A DNA stretch of 63,927 bases, counting the filler, from Barthelona sp. PAP020 (taxonomy: Eukaryota): the NCBI GenBank assembly GCA_040182905.1. It is 3 parts of 3 records of this genome, joined end to end, with 100 filler letters (N's around TTAATTAATTAA, not from the genome) between each part and the next. Parts side by side here need not be neighbours in the genome. Positions count along the whole stretch, not along the records: positions 24,630 to 49,144 come from JARQWU010000154.1; positions 49,245 to 63,927 come from JARQWU010000298.1; 1 more part is not named here. One strand, written 5' to 3'. Made by a program: the position numbers and the translations under genes. How positions within the stretch are numbered: position 1 is the stretch's first letter; the number at the start of each line of letters is the position of its first letter. Below, in pieces: positions 38,440-49,911 of this stretch. The notes beneath the pieces are model-generated. The model saw nothing but the letters and a program-made list of their open reading frames with translations, made no database searches and had not been told where the DNA came from.

Positions 38440-39876
38440 TTAAAGTTGTTGAATCCATTGATACAAACCAAAAATCTGTATAAAGACTCCAACTAATATT
38501 AAACTCCAACATTGCCATCTATAAGGATTTGTCTTTGGAGATTTCCCTTTTTTCTTTGCCAATTGATGACACTTAAAATGCATTAAACAAGGAAATTGGA
38601 AAAAATAAAATGGAGCAATGGTGGCTCCAGCAAAAGCAGTAACAAAACTAATATTTTTGAAAAGATAAGCAAATAACAAACAAACGAAAATTGTACCAAT
38701 TGAAATAAAGAATCGAGCTTTAAAACTGTTGGAAAGGGAGGATGGTTGATCAGCCATCGAATAATGCACATCCTTCTTTTGAGTCTTACTCAATACACTT
38801 TGAACTGAAAGACGACATGCATAAGCTAACACAGGAAAACTGAAAATCAAAACGAGGATAATAGCTATTCGACAAAAAATAATGACCAGGTCATTGTTTG
38901 GAAAAGAGTTTAGAACGTTATCTGCAATATCGGAACCAAATAAACAATATCCACTGACTCCCATGAATAAATAACATAAAGCAGGGATAAATATAGCGAT
39001 TGATACTGATTTACTGATTTTTTCAAAACTTCTACCTTGCAACTCTTTGTAGAATACAGACATTTGAAAATGTGCGAAAAATCCAAAAATAATAGCAGGT
39101 GTGCCCTCAATGAATTTTATTGACAATTCGAACATTTTGATCTTTTCAATGGGTAATTCACCAATATTCAAGAAAAATTTCACAATAACAACAAAAACAA
39201 TGAAGAAAATACAGATAATCGATAAAGATGAAGTGAATGCAAGTGATTTCATATCTTTCATGCACATCAATGGTAAACAACAACATAAGAGACACACTCC
39301 AGCGATAATAAACATATGTACATCATCTATTTCACCAAACATCAATCCTAATATGGAATGTAAATAATCCTTAATGATAATAGTATATGTGGTTAAACAC
39401 AACAAAGAAAATGTAGCAATTGAGACATCTGAATATTTAGATGCTCGATAACCGAACAATTTTTCAATGGTCAATGCCAAAGAAAAACGCTTTGTGTATG
39501 AAGCAGCGTATACATAAAGCATTAAAGTGAACTTTGAGATAAACCCAAATAAAACCATAACTAAAATGCCACCAATAAGACCACAACAACTAATTGCATA
39601 TGGTATCATTAAAGAACCGGCTCCTACCATACAGTTAGATATGTTTGCAACTGTTTGTTGTATAGTAGCTCCTTTTGAAGGAAATCCATGCTTCACAGAG
39701 TAAGGAATACCAGAATCAAGTCTGTCAACAACAATATTAGATTCAACTTCATCAATTAAATTCTGATCCTTTAAATCAATATTTTCTAAATCAGGTAAAT
39801 TAATACCAATAAAAGAAGTGCGATGGTTTGTTAAAGATGATGATTGTTGTTCTTTTTCAGTATAATTACCAACCAT
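38440..39876 (-). CDS. Amino acid transporter, AAAP/SLC38 family
   Basis: NCMVGAGSLMIPYA, ~11 TM helices, FGFFAHFQ, GYCLFG..NVLNSF, FAGAT. Confidence 0.92.
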   Translation of the reverse strand: MVGNYTEKEQQSSSLTNHRTSFIGINLPDLENIDLKDQNLIDEVESNIVVDRLDSGIPYSVKHGFPSKGATIQQTVANISNCMVGAGSLMIPYAISCCGLIGGILVMVLFGFISKFTLMLYVYAASYTKRFSLALTIEKLFGYRASKYSDVSIATFSLLCLTTYTIIIKDYLHSILGLMFGEIDDVHMFIIAGVCLLCCCLPLMCMKDMKSLAFTSSLSIICIFFIVFVVIVKFFLNIGELPIEKIKMFELSIKFIEGTPAIIFGFFAHFQMSVFYKELQGRSFEKISKSVSIAIFIPALCYLFMGVSGYCLFGSDIADNVLNSFPNNDLVIIFCRIAIILVLIFSFPVLAYACRLSVQSVLSKTQKKDVHYSMADQPSSLSNSFKARFFISIGTIFVCLLFAYLFKNISFVTAFAGATIAPFYFFQFPCLMHFKCHQLAKKKGKSPKTNPYRWQCWSLILVGVFIQIFGLYQWIQQL

Positions 39877-40175
39877 AAAAAAAAATGAAGAATAATTCTC
39901 TCCTTTGATGTTGAGGTGTCATTCTCATTTAAGTCGAAAGAATTCTTTTCTTCAAATATTCTTTTCTCATTTTTATCATTAAAATTACTAATACAACATA
40001 TCCCAACAAAATATTATTTGACACAAAATTTCTTTTTTTTTCAAGAGAATATTGGAATAAAAAACTATATTCCTCTGTCATTGCTTTGATTATATTGAGA
40101 ATTTAATAAAAACTTGAAAGAATTCTTTTGTTGTTTACAACTTAAACACAAACCCTTTTTTTTTTGTTTTTGAAT

Positions 40176-40865
40176 ATGAGAGCAGCATTTTGGACTTCAA
40201 TTACAGATATTGTTGTAACTATGAATACATTAGTGAATATGATATTTTTAATGATTAAAAATCCCATTTCTTTAAAAACAAAAAGTGGGTTATTAGTTTA
40301 TGGATTTTATATTATTAATGCGTTAGCTACAGGATTAGGTGCTTTGTATCATTGGAAGGAAGGATATTTCGTTAAAGGCAGTGCTGAAGATTTTTTTTGG
40401 TGGTCTTTTGTTAAGTATCCTGCCATCACTTTATGTCCTTACATGTTATATCTTTATGCAGTTATAGTTTTACCAACTGATCATTGTATTTTGAAGGACT
40501 ATTCAGATATCATCTCTTCTATTTGTCTGGGTTTGATTGTGCTGTTTAATATATTAATTATTCCTAATCATTCATTCAGAATGATTCAAGTTACACAATC
40601 ATTTATTATTGTATTAGTTATCATGTATGCGTTTGTGTCGAATGATGATCGCACCATCAATCTTTTCAAATCTAGACATATTTGGTATTTAGTTGGAGTA
40701 ATAGTTGCATCAATTCCTTCAATTTTTTCATGGAAAATTTCAGATTCTTTCAATCATAATGACATTTATCATGTGTTGTTATTCTTTACAATTTTTATTT
40801 TAAGTTGGTCTGTATATCCTTTGCTTCAATCTAAAATTGATAGTCATTATGAAACCATTCAATAG
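40176..40865 (+). CDS. 7-TM protein with CREST-like His motifs (DUF6962-like)
   Basis: TSITD, LGALYH and FNHNDIYH in a 7-TM frame. Confidence 0.55.
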   Translation: MRAAFWTSITDIVVTMNTLVNMIFLMIKNPISLKTKSGLLVYGFYIINALATGLGALYHWKEGYFVKGSAEDFFWWSFVKYPAITLCPYMLYLYAVIVLPTDHCILKDYSDIISSICLGLIVLFNILIIPNHSFRMIQVTQSFIIVLVIMYAFVSNDDRTINLFKSRHIWYLVGVIVASIPSIFSWKISDSFNHNDIYHVLLFFTIFILSWSVYPLLQSKIDSHYETIQ

Positions 40866-41012
40866 GGTTGTCAGTGTGTGTTAAAAAGAATATCTTGTAA
40901 AAAAAAAATGTTTCTTTTTCAACCTTCAACTCAAACATTTTTTGATCTTTGTACAATAATTACGATAACAATGGTTCATTACTTCATCAGAAATATGCTT
41001 TAAAAAAGAAGC

Positions 41013-42182
41013 TCACAGAACATCAACAAGCATGTTTAAATCAACTTTTGACAAATGGTTGTAAACCTTTTGAATGAAATCACATCTCTCTTCAAATTCA
41101 GTATTATTTCTGGTTAAATTATGTGACAAATTATCCAAAGAATTCATTGAACTTCTTGAACAATTGCTCAAATCGTTGATTTTCTTGGACATATCATGTA
41201 CATTTGCTCTTAATCTTTTATTTTCTTCTCGCAAATAATTATTTTGCTGAAAATAATGCAAATATTTTTCTTTTTCATTTTTAATTTCGTTTTCCTTTGA
41301 TTCTAACCGAATTATTAATTGATGAAAATCCAATGTTTGATCGTTGTCAGGTATATGATGGATAGGGAAATGGAAAAATGATTTAGATCTTTCCAAACGA
41401 TCCTTTAAACATTTATTCTCATCTGTTAATCGATTTCGTGCAAGAATTTCATTTTTTAAATTTTTGTTCTTTTCAAATAGTTCTGCCTGCTGTTTTTTGT
41501 TTTCTATTTCTTCAGCCGTAACTCTTTCTGCACCTTTTTTTAACATTAATAATTCATCTAATTTTTGATGTTTTATCTTATATTGATTCACTTTCATCAA
41601 TAAATCACCCCTTTCATCATTCAAATTTTTTAATCTCTGCTCTTTTTCATTTAAAACTCGTCTTAACCAATTAAAATCTTCTTTATATTGAAAACTCTCT
41701 TCTACAACTGCATTAAAAGCAACAACATCAACGTTATCTTGTGCTTCTTCATATGATTCTTTAATTTCAATAACTTTTTTCTCCATAATAGATGTTTGAT
41801 TCAAATATTGTTGATTATCCTGCAAAATCTGTTTCAAATGTTGTTTCAACAATAAATTAGTTTCTTTTTCCTTTTCTATTTCACATAATTTGGATTTCCA
41901 AGCTTTTTCAAACTTTAATTTTATAGAATTCAACTCTTCTGTACGCTCTTTTAAAAAATTTTCATGAAATTCATTTTTGAAAATTATTCCATTCAGCAGT
42001 ATTTGTTTATCGTCATTTAATTTGGTTATTTTATTTTGTAATCCAACATTTATTAAATGATATTCCTCAATTTCAACGTTCTTTTGTTGTAGTATTTTCA
42101 AATTGAATTCTTGCTTTTGATTTAACTCTTGTAATCGTCGATTTATGTCGATTATTTTCAATTCTTTCAATTCATTTGACAT
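41013..42182 (-). CDS. Coiled-coil protein
   Basis: E/K/L/N/Q-rich heptads throughout. Confidence 0.6.
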   Translation of the reverse strand: MSNELKELKIIDINRRLQELNQKQEFNLKILQQKNVEIEEYHLINVGLQNKITKLNDDKQILLNGIIFKNEFHENFLKERTEELNSIKLKFEKAWKSKLCEIEKEKETNLLLKQHLKQILQDNQQYLNQTSIMEKKVIEIKESYEEAQDNVDVVAFNAVVEESFQYKEDFNWLRRVLNEKEQRLKNLNDERGDLLMKVNQYKIKHQKLDELLMLKKGAERVTAEEIENKKQQAELFEKNKNLKNEILARNRLTDENKCLKDRLERSKSFFHFPIHHIPDNDQTLDFHQLIIRLESKENEIKNEKEKYLHYFQQNNYLREENKRLRANVHDMSKKINDLSNCSRSSMNSLDNLSHNLTRNNTEFEERCDFIQKVYNHLSKVDLNMLVDVL

Positions 42183-42578
42183 AAAATATACATCAATTAT
42201 CAAAAACTCTTCAAAAGATTTTAATGCATTTCAATATTTCTGTTGTAAACATATAGATAAAACATTTATAAAAACTGCATGTAAAGAGATCAGCGAATAA
42301 CTCCAAATTATAACGAAAAAACAATCCAATTAAAACCATTTTTTCATATAAATTTTGTTCAATTATTCATTATTAGAATTATTTATATATAATAACATGA
42401 TATTTGAACTTTGAAGCATTTATTCTTTAATGATCAATCAAAAACCAATTAATTCGTAGAAATATCTTGATTGTTGTTGATTTAAAGATAAATATTATAT
42501 TGATTGAAATATTTTTGCATTTTGTCAAGTCAATAATTTTGTTTGGTTTTTTTAATTTATAATTTTTATGAAGATCAA

Positions 42579-43835
42579 ATGAAACCGATAATATACCTTT
42601 CAATTGTATTATTATTAATATTTACCGTTTGTTCTTGTGAAAACTGGGCTTTATTAATTTGTGGCTCAAAAGGATTTACCAATTATCGACATCAAGCGGA
42701 TGTTGCACACCATTATAAAAGCTTATTAAATTATGGGTTTCCTAAAGACAGGATTATTGTTATGAGCTACAATGATGTTCCAACACACTCTCAAAACCCT
42801 TATCCTAACCGAATTTTTAACGATTTGTCTTTAAATATTAATTATAATAAAGATTTTGAAGTGGATTATGCTGGAATTAATGTTACAATAGATAATTTTT
42901 TTGGGGTTTTAGAAGGAAAACCAGGAATAATTAATGGTGGAAATGGAAAATATATTGATGCTCAAGCAGGCGATTACATTTATTTGTATTTTTCTGATCA
43001 TGGAATGTCAAAATTAATTGCTTTTCCCAATGGTGAATTGTACGCTGATGAACTTGAACCCAGCATTGATTATCTTACCAATACGAAAAAAATTAAGGGA
43101 ATTTTGTTTATGATTGAAGCATGTTACTCAGGATCCATGTTTCAAGGGTTGAGTTCCTATCAAAATTGGGTTGCAATTACTGCAGCAAATGCATTTGAAG
43201 TGTCTTACTCATGCTCTTTACATGCTATGCTTGGTACATCTCCGTGTGATTCTTTTAGTTATGCTTTGGTTGACATGTATGACAGTTATTTTGATTTTGA
43301 GATGCCTTTAGATATTTCATTGTCGAAGGTTAAAAGCACAATAGCCAGTTCAGTATCTTTATCTCACGTTATGGTTTATGGGCCGTTGCAAAAGGAAAAA
43401 TTATCCAAATTCATACCTTACAACCCTTCTTCGTTCAGTTCGAGCTTTGTTTCACAGGTAAATGAGAAAAAAAGATTAAGAAAGAAAACGTCTAAAGTTG
43501 GTCATTCTAACATTGATGCTTCAATAAAGCATTTGGAAGAGATGTTCTCTGTGGATGTGCCTTTTCATCGTACCAGCTTGAAATTCAAAAAGAACCAACA
43601 TGACTATCAGACCAAGCTTTTAATTAACCTTGCAAAATCTTTAGATATTAATCTATTTTCTTCGACACAAGGAAATGACTTGAAGTGTTTCAAAAAATTT
43701 TACAAGCTTTTTATCAAAAAATGTCATCGTATATACGATGCTGCTAGAATGTATGGCCATATCTTTGATCATTGCTGTGATAATGATTTAAATTTGGAAG
43801 ATTTCGAAAAAGTTTTAGAGAAATTCTGTGCATAA
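42579..43835 (+). CDS. Legumain / asparaginyl endopeptidase (C13)
   Basis: Signal peptide; NYRHQAD, catalytic SDHG and IEACYSGSMF. Confidence 0.95.
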   Translation: MKPIIYLSIVLLLIFTVCSCENWALLICGSKGFTNYRHQADVAHHYKSLLNYGFPKDRIIVMSYNDVPTHSQNPYPNRIFNDLSLNINYNKDFEVDYAGINVTIDNFFGVLEGKPGIINGGNGKYIDAQAGDYIYLYFSDHGMSKLIAFPNGELYADELEPSIDYLTNTKKIKGILFMIEACYSGSMFQGLSSYQNWVAITAANAFEVSYSCSLHAMLGTSPCDSFSYALVDMYDSYFDFEMPLDISLSKVKSTIASSVSLSHVMVYGPLQKEKLSKFIPYNPSSFSSSFVSQVNEKKRLRKKTSKVGHSNIDASIKHLEEMFSVDVPFHRTSLKFKKNQHDYQTKLLINLAKSLDINLFSSTQGNDLKCFKKFYKLFIKKCHRIYDAARMYGHIFDHCCDNDLNLEDFEKVLEKFCA

Positions 43836-44072
43836 ATGTATATATATGTTATTTCTTGTATCTTTTCATGATGACTTTATTACACACAATATTTATAGTC
43901 AAAAACAACATAAAACACCAAATAATTAATTGATAAAAAGGTGGAATGAACAACAAATTTTTTGTATCTTCTGTAGAAATATAAATAATATGAAACGGAT
44001 GAATTCAAAAATATATTCATAAGAATTCAAAAAAATTTGTGGTAAGAAAATTATTCTTTTTCATATTTCATT

Positions 44073-45224
44073 ATGTTGCAGTCAATAACGAATTTTGTTC
44101 AAACAACAGTATTGAGGAGATCTGATGCACAAATATTAGCATTACAATTGACAAATTCAACTGATGAAACTCCCAAAAATCAAGATTTGCAAGCATTATG
44201 TGAATTATCAAGAAATTATGAAGGATATACCGATATATTTGAAGTTTTTTACCAAAGATTGAAGCAATCATATCATGAATATATTTCGATTTCCAAAACA
44301 TTGCATGCCATTCAATATCTTATCATTCATGGCAGTGATTCATTATTAGATTTAATTTCAACCAAGTTTCATCGATTAATTCGTACATTGGAGAATTTTG
44401 AATTTTTTGACTCCGAAAATCAAGATAAAGGAAGAGTTGTGAGGAATAATGCTAAACGTATAATGTTACTTGTTACTGATCCTTCTGTATTAGCCGATGA
44501 AAGAGCGAAGGTAAAGGATGTTAAAAAACGTTTGACTGGAATCACAGGAAATGATAGGTTCAGAGGACTTACAAATGATGCCAAGATTGTTTCTGCAAAT
44601 TTTCGTTCAACTGCTATTGATCAAGAGGTGTTAAAACCTGGACAATATGTTCTCACATCTGTTGGTAGTGAAGATCTATCAAAAAGTCAAAACAATTCAC
44701 ATATGATGAAACCAAAAGAAGACCAAAAGAAGGAAGCCACAGAAGCTTTTGATTTCTTTCAAGAAACTCCCGTGCAACCTGCAGACACTGTTCAATCCAA
44801 CTTTATCCAACAACAAATGGCTGTAAAAAAAAAAGAAGAAGAAACAGATTTTTTCCAAGTTGAAAATAACAATTCATTTCAATCGGATTTTTTTAGTGAA
44901 ACTGCAACTGACAACATTTCTTCAGTGAAAACGAAAGAAATTAATGGATTAGATTCATTATTTGATGATATTGACACTTCGAATTTCAAATTAGAAACCA
45001 ACCAAAAAGAAGAAAACTCATTTTTGGATTTTGAAAATTCAAAGAAAAACAATGACTCTTTTGATATTTTAGACATTTTTGACTCTGTAAAACCTTCAAA
45101 CAATCAACAAATCAATCAAACTAAGAATACTCATCATCATCATCAAGTTAATTCCAACATTCAACGATCAAATATTACAGTTTCCCATAATACCGATGAT
45201 TTATTCGATGAATTATTTGCTTAG
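44073..45224 (+). CDS. ENTH-domain epsin-related protein
   Basis: N-terminal ENTH (KTLHAIQYLIIHGS, DKGRVVR..AK, LADERAK) and a disordered tail with DFF/DLF motifs. Confidence 0.88.
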   Translation: MLQSITNFVQTTVLRRSDAQILALQLTNSTDETPKNQDLQALCELSRNYEGYTDIFEVFYQRLKQSYHEYISISKTLHAIQYLIIHGSDSLLDLISTKFHRLIRTLENFEFFDSENQDKGRVVRNNAKRIMLLVTDPSVLADERAKVKDVKKRLTGITGNDRFRGLTNDAKIVSANFRSTAIDQEVLKPGQYVLTSVGSEDLSKSQNNSHMMKPKEDQKKEATEAFDFFQETPVQPADTVQSNFIQQQMAVKKKEEETDFFQVENNNSFQSDFFSETATDNISSVKTKEINGLDSLFDDIDTSNFKLETNQKEENSFLDFENSKKNNDSFDILDIFDSVKPSNNQQINQTKNTHHHHQVNSNIQRSNITVSHNTDDLFDELFA

Positions 45225-45832
45225 TTGTAAAACATCATGTCTTTTTAATAAATATTCCAAATTTAAATTTTCTTTTGATTTATTCAATACATTTTATCCT
45301 GAAAAAGAATTCTTTTGAAATGGCACAAAAGTTTTCTGATAATTTGCTTTTTCTTGTTGAAATCTGTTAAAACAATCCATTTTTTTAAATTTTACTTTAA
45401 TTGTTAAAATTATGCAATTATTCACAAACATTGAAAAATGTCCAAGTTAAATAAAAAAAAAAATAAATTTATTCCAATATCTTTCAACAATAATTCTATT
45501 GACCAACAGAATCACCTTTTGGTAAATATAAACCTTTAAACAATAGATTAATAAAAAAAAGAAAAAACTTTTCTGCACAATCTTTTCAAAGAGATTGTCT
45601 ATAACCCAATCTATGACTGAATTACTGTTAAATGAAAAAAGGTTGTTTAAAAAACATAAAAAATAGGATTAATTTATTTCAGTTGTTGAACAGCATATAC
45701 TTTTCCTTCAAAAAGATCATAAGATTGTTCATTTTACATTTTTCCAACTATAATTTTAGGAAGATGCCTAAAAACATTGTTAACAATCTCCGTTAAAAAT
45801 ATGGGAGAAATTACCCTTTTTTTTTCTTTCAA

Positions 45833-46510
45833 ATGAATTCTCCATATTTCACACAATATTTATGGAATGGCATCAATCCATATCTATATAGTGAATACAC
45901 AGTGTCAAATCATGTTTCAAATCCAATGTATCCGATGATTTCATACAGTTATATAACTCCCGATTCAAATGTACCAAAAATCTCAAACATGCCAAATTTT
46001 CCATATTATTTTGTCCCTAATTTATCAGATGTTGTAGAAAAAAAACAGATGGAACCTGCTAGAAAAACAGTGATTGAAAAGAAAAAAAAAATTGAAAAGC
46101 CACAACCACCTCAACCTTTGCAGACAACAAGGTCAGAAAAAAAGATTGGAAACCTGTGTAATTTTTTAAAAAACAAACTGTCAGAAACTCCTCTGACCAG
46201 AAATGAAATCGCTGAAATGTCTGGCTTTTCAAGACAACGTGTTTCAACAGCTGTATCTGTTTTCAAAGCTCTAGGTTTAATAACGGAGATTAATGGAAAC
46301 GATTCAGAAATCACTGAAAAATTGGAAAAAAAGGGTCTGTTGAAATATTCCCCAAAAGTTCATGATGCGTATCTTTCTTTTAATGAAAACGTTGCTGACA
46401 AAATATTTGCAGCTCGTCATCAAGTTAGAATATTAAAACAGCAATTATACAATCAATCACTTGAGATGATTGGAATTGTAAGTTCAGAAAGAGCAGATGA
46501 AATAAAATAA
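45833..46510 (+). CDS. E2F/DP-like winged-helix protein, divergent
   Basis: KKIGNLCNFL...NEIAEMSGFSRQRVSTAVSVFKALGLI resembles the E2F_TDP fold, followed by a short coiled coil. Confidence 0.55.
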   Translation: MNSPYFTQYLWNGINPYLYSEYTVSNHVSNPMYPMISYSYITPDSNVPKISNMPNFPYYFVPNLSDVVEKKQMEPARKTVIEKKKKIEKPQPPQPLQTTRSEKKIGNLCNFLKNKLSETPLTRNEIAEMSGFSRQRVSTAVSVFKALGLITEINGNDSEITEKLEKKGLLKYSPKVHDAYLSFNENVADKIFAARHQVRILKQQLYNQSLEMIGIVSSERADEIK

Positions 46511-47282
46511 ACTTTAGTAGAGTTGAGAGCAATTCTTCATTGGATGTGCCAATTATTTAATTTATAAAATAAATCATGTAAAATGACAGTTTTCTTTTTC
46601 GTTTTAATTTTTGTTGAATTTCATTGATCTATTGGTTGATAAATATCAATAGCAATAAAGTCTTGAATATGTAAATGCATAAAAATAGAAATGTGAAAAA
46701 AAAAATCCAATAGCAATCAATATCAAACAACCATCATCATTATTTTCAGTTTTGAATGAATCAAAAATTCAATTCAATGTAAAATAAAGTTTTAATTGAA
46801 AGATTACTGTTGAATGAAAAGTTTTGAGTTCGTTTGAACTACCACTAAATCTTTTGAAGAAATCATCAAAAAAAATTGAAACCTTTTATTCAAAGATTAG
46901 TTTTTCAGAAACATGAAGTTTATAAAAGATAAATCTTAAAAGATAAAAATTTCAAAAATCAATATTGAGTCTTTTCCAAATCCAAATGATAAGTAAAAAG
47001 GCATTAGAATCTATTGAACAAATAAAAGGAAAAATTTTAAACAAAAAATGAAGATCTTTCACAAAAATGACCAAAAGAACACTTATTCTTTTTCTGACAA
47101 CCAAATATTACCTTAAAAGTTCATTGAATGAGTCTTAATTTCAATACTTTATAATTTTACATGTTTTAAATCACTATTTCCTCAAAAAAAGAATATTATT
47201 TGATTGGAAAACAAAAAAAATATTTTACATTTTTACATAATAATAAATAAAGAACAAAAATATGCACAAGTAAAAAATATGA

Positions 47283-49144
47283 TCATATTTTCAACAACGG
47301 TTTAGCACCTCCTGATAATTTATTGTCTTTCTTCTTTTTGCCTCCAAACTTATCACCTTCACCAGATTTAATTTCATTAATCAAAGCAGCCATAGCATTT
47401 TCACCCTTCTTACCCTTCTTATCAGTAATTTTCTTACCAACGTCCTTGGCTTTTCTTTTCTTTTTCTTAATTTGCTCTTTGGGAACTCTTTCTTTAAATT
47501 CTTCATACCACTTTTCCATCAATTCTAAGAATTCAAGTGGTTCTTGTTTTTGAGCAACTTTCTCTTTATAACCCAAGTATTTTAACAAATTCACAAACTC
47601 AGTTGATAATTTGGATGTTTCTGCTTCCAATTTTTTTAAAGTTTCAGGGAACACATTAGCAAATTCTGTCAATTTGCTATAACACTTAACTTCATGATCC
47701 AAATTGGTGATCAAATACTCAATTGAATCTTTTGCCTTTTTATAGCTATCTTTTAGCCCTTTCAAAACATCTTCGGCCGCTTGAGGTGGACATTTCGTTG
47801 AACCCTTAATCGCACTCAGTTGTTCTACCATTTCCCTCATGCTGCTATTATCCTTATCAAAACAATATTGAATTACATGGTCTAACAATGTCTTTTTACT
47901 TGTGTTATCATTAATATCTTTCAACTTAAATAACAACGTCCATTCAAACCCATCAGCTTGCCCACGCTTTGTGCCACCATTCATATAATTACCAAAAGCT
48001 AAAACTACTCCAATAAATTCCTTTAATCGTGTACTTGTCTTCAGCTGTTCCATGAAAAGCTTGAAATGTTTGATGGGCCTCTCTACATCGTTGATCATAT
48101 CATCCACGTTGCGAATGAACAACCAACTTTGCAATAAATGAAGGCAATTATCTATCTTCACAATTCTTCGACAAAATTCTTCAGCTTCACCTAATCGTTG
48201 TCCAGGCTGAGCATTTTTCATGGCAGTTTCAATGTTGCTTACTTCTTCTTCAGTGGGAAAATATGATATGAGTGTTTCCATCAATTGAGTATTGATTGCT
48301 TCATCATCCCATGTTTCTACAGCTTCCCTTAACTTATCAAAGGGTGGGAACTTCTTAATTGCCAAATTTATCGCTTGAGATTTTTTTCCAGGAAGAGCGT
48401 TTATTATTTTGGGAACGTCAGCCTTTGTTTCAACTTTCTTCTTTGTGGTTACTTTTGCAGCAAAAATTCCTTCAATGTAATCAACATCCAGATTTGGTTC
48501 TGTAACTGCACCAAACAAAAAATCTTTTCTTTCTTCTGGCTTCAACAACATCCTTGTCCAATGAATCGGTTTCATTTTCTTTGTCGGATTGATCACTTCT
48601 TTTGTTGCAACTGCTTTTCCTCCTTTTTTGCCTCCAGGTGGCCCTCCCATTGGTTTCATTCCAGGTGGTAACATCATTCCAGGTGGTCCCATAGGTAGTC
48701 CTCCAGGTGGTCCCATTGGTGGTCCTGTAGGTGGTCCCATTGGTGGTCCAGTTGGTGGTCCTGTAGGTGGTCCCATTGGTCCTGTTGGTGGTCCAGTTGG
48801 TGGTCCCATTGGTGGTCCTCCAGGTGGTCCCATTGGTCCTGTTGGTGGTCCAGTTGGTGGTCCCATTGGTGGTCCTCCAGGTGGTCCCATTGGTCCTGTT
48901 GGTGGTCCAGTTGGTGGTCCAGTTGGTGGTCCAGTTGGTGGTCCTGTAGGTGGTCCCATTGGTCCTGTTGGTGGTCCTGTAGGTGGTCCCATTGGTGGTC
49001 CAGTTGGTGGTCCTGTAGGTGGTCCCATTGGTGGTCCTGTAGGTGGTCCCATTGGTGGTCCTGTAGGTGGTCCAGTTGGTGGTCCTGTAGGTGGTCCAGT
49101 TGGTGGTCCTGTAGGTGGTCCTGTAGGTGGTCCCATTGGTCCTG
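47283..49144 (-). CDS. Formin (FH1-FH2), 5' end truncated by contig break
   Basis: MKPIHW, KSQAINLAI, LGEAEEF, VLAFGNYMNGGTKRGQADGF, LKD..DN...TLL. Confidence 0.93.
48630..49144. repeat. 12-bp/9-bp minisatellite encoding GPP(T/M/G) repeats (formin FH1)
   Basis: Tandem GGTGGTCC(A/T/C)-type units running into the contig end. Confidence 0.92.
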
Positions 49145-49244
49145 NNNNNNNNNNNNNNNNNNNNNNNNNNNNNNNNNNNNNNNNNNNNTTAATTAATTAA
49201 NNNNNNNNNNNNNNNNNNNNNNNNNNNNNNNNNNNNNNNNNNNN
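49145..49244. other. Artificial contig spacer
   Basis: 44 N + TTAATTAATTAA + 44 N. Confidence 0.97.
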
Positions 49245-49765
49245 GGAACCAACAACTTTAACAAAAAAGATACTGCGTTTTCTCTTAAAAATGCCAAAAA
49301 TACACATGAAGAGATATAGAAGCCGTCGAGAATGAGTACAATAAGAAAGAAGCCATAATAGTGCACATTGGGGAATGGTTGATACAGAAAGCAAAAAAAG
49401 ATAATCACCAAAGATGATGGCATTAAAAAAACGGCGGTTTTCATTTTTTTCATGTAAAAAGGATAAAAAGAAATAACTTGAGGCGACAAAAAAGAACAAA
49501 TCAATAAAACACCTCTTATTAACGTGATTATTAATTCAAAAGAAACAAACATTCCTGAATAAATATAATCTCTGCTTGTGATCAAACCAATTACAACTGA
49601 AAACACAAAAAGAGTTATAACAACTACCTGTAGCCCATAGGGTCGAACTATTGCTTGCAAAAATGTAGCATCTTCCGGTATTCTTTGCAAACTCCCATCT
49701 TTCGAAAATTCAAAATCATTGATTACAATAGAATCCTTGAAATGTATGTTTTGAGGAAAATACAT
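49245..49765 (-). CDS. Membrane protein, 3'-truncated paralogue of 56183-57559
   Basis: Starts MYFPQNIHFKDSIVINDFEFSKDG; 49245-49347 is the exact reverse complement of 56628-56730. Confidence 0.8.
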
Positions 49766-49911
49766 GAAATAATAACTCCAAACATCATTAAAAAAAAAGA
49801 GTGCCCCTTTCAAAGTTGACTATTTTGTGGAAAAATGTTGTTTCCTTCCAATATTTGATATTACGAAATAAAAAACATGTACAAATTTATTGCTTTGAGG
49901 ACTTTGGTTTA

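Noticed and set aside
48589..49200. Plus-strand Gly/Pro ORF resembling collagen, and repeat array resembling CRISPR
   Set aside because: It is the antisense of the formin FH1 minisatellite; the period is mostly 4 aa and there are no unique spacers or cas genes.
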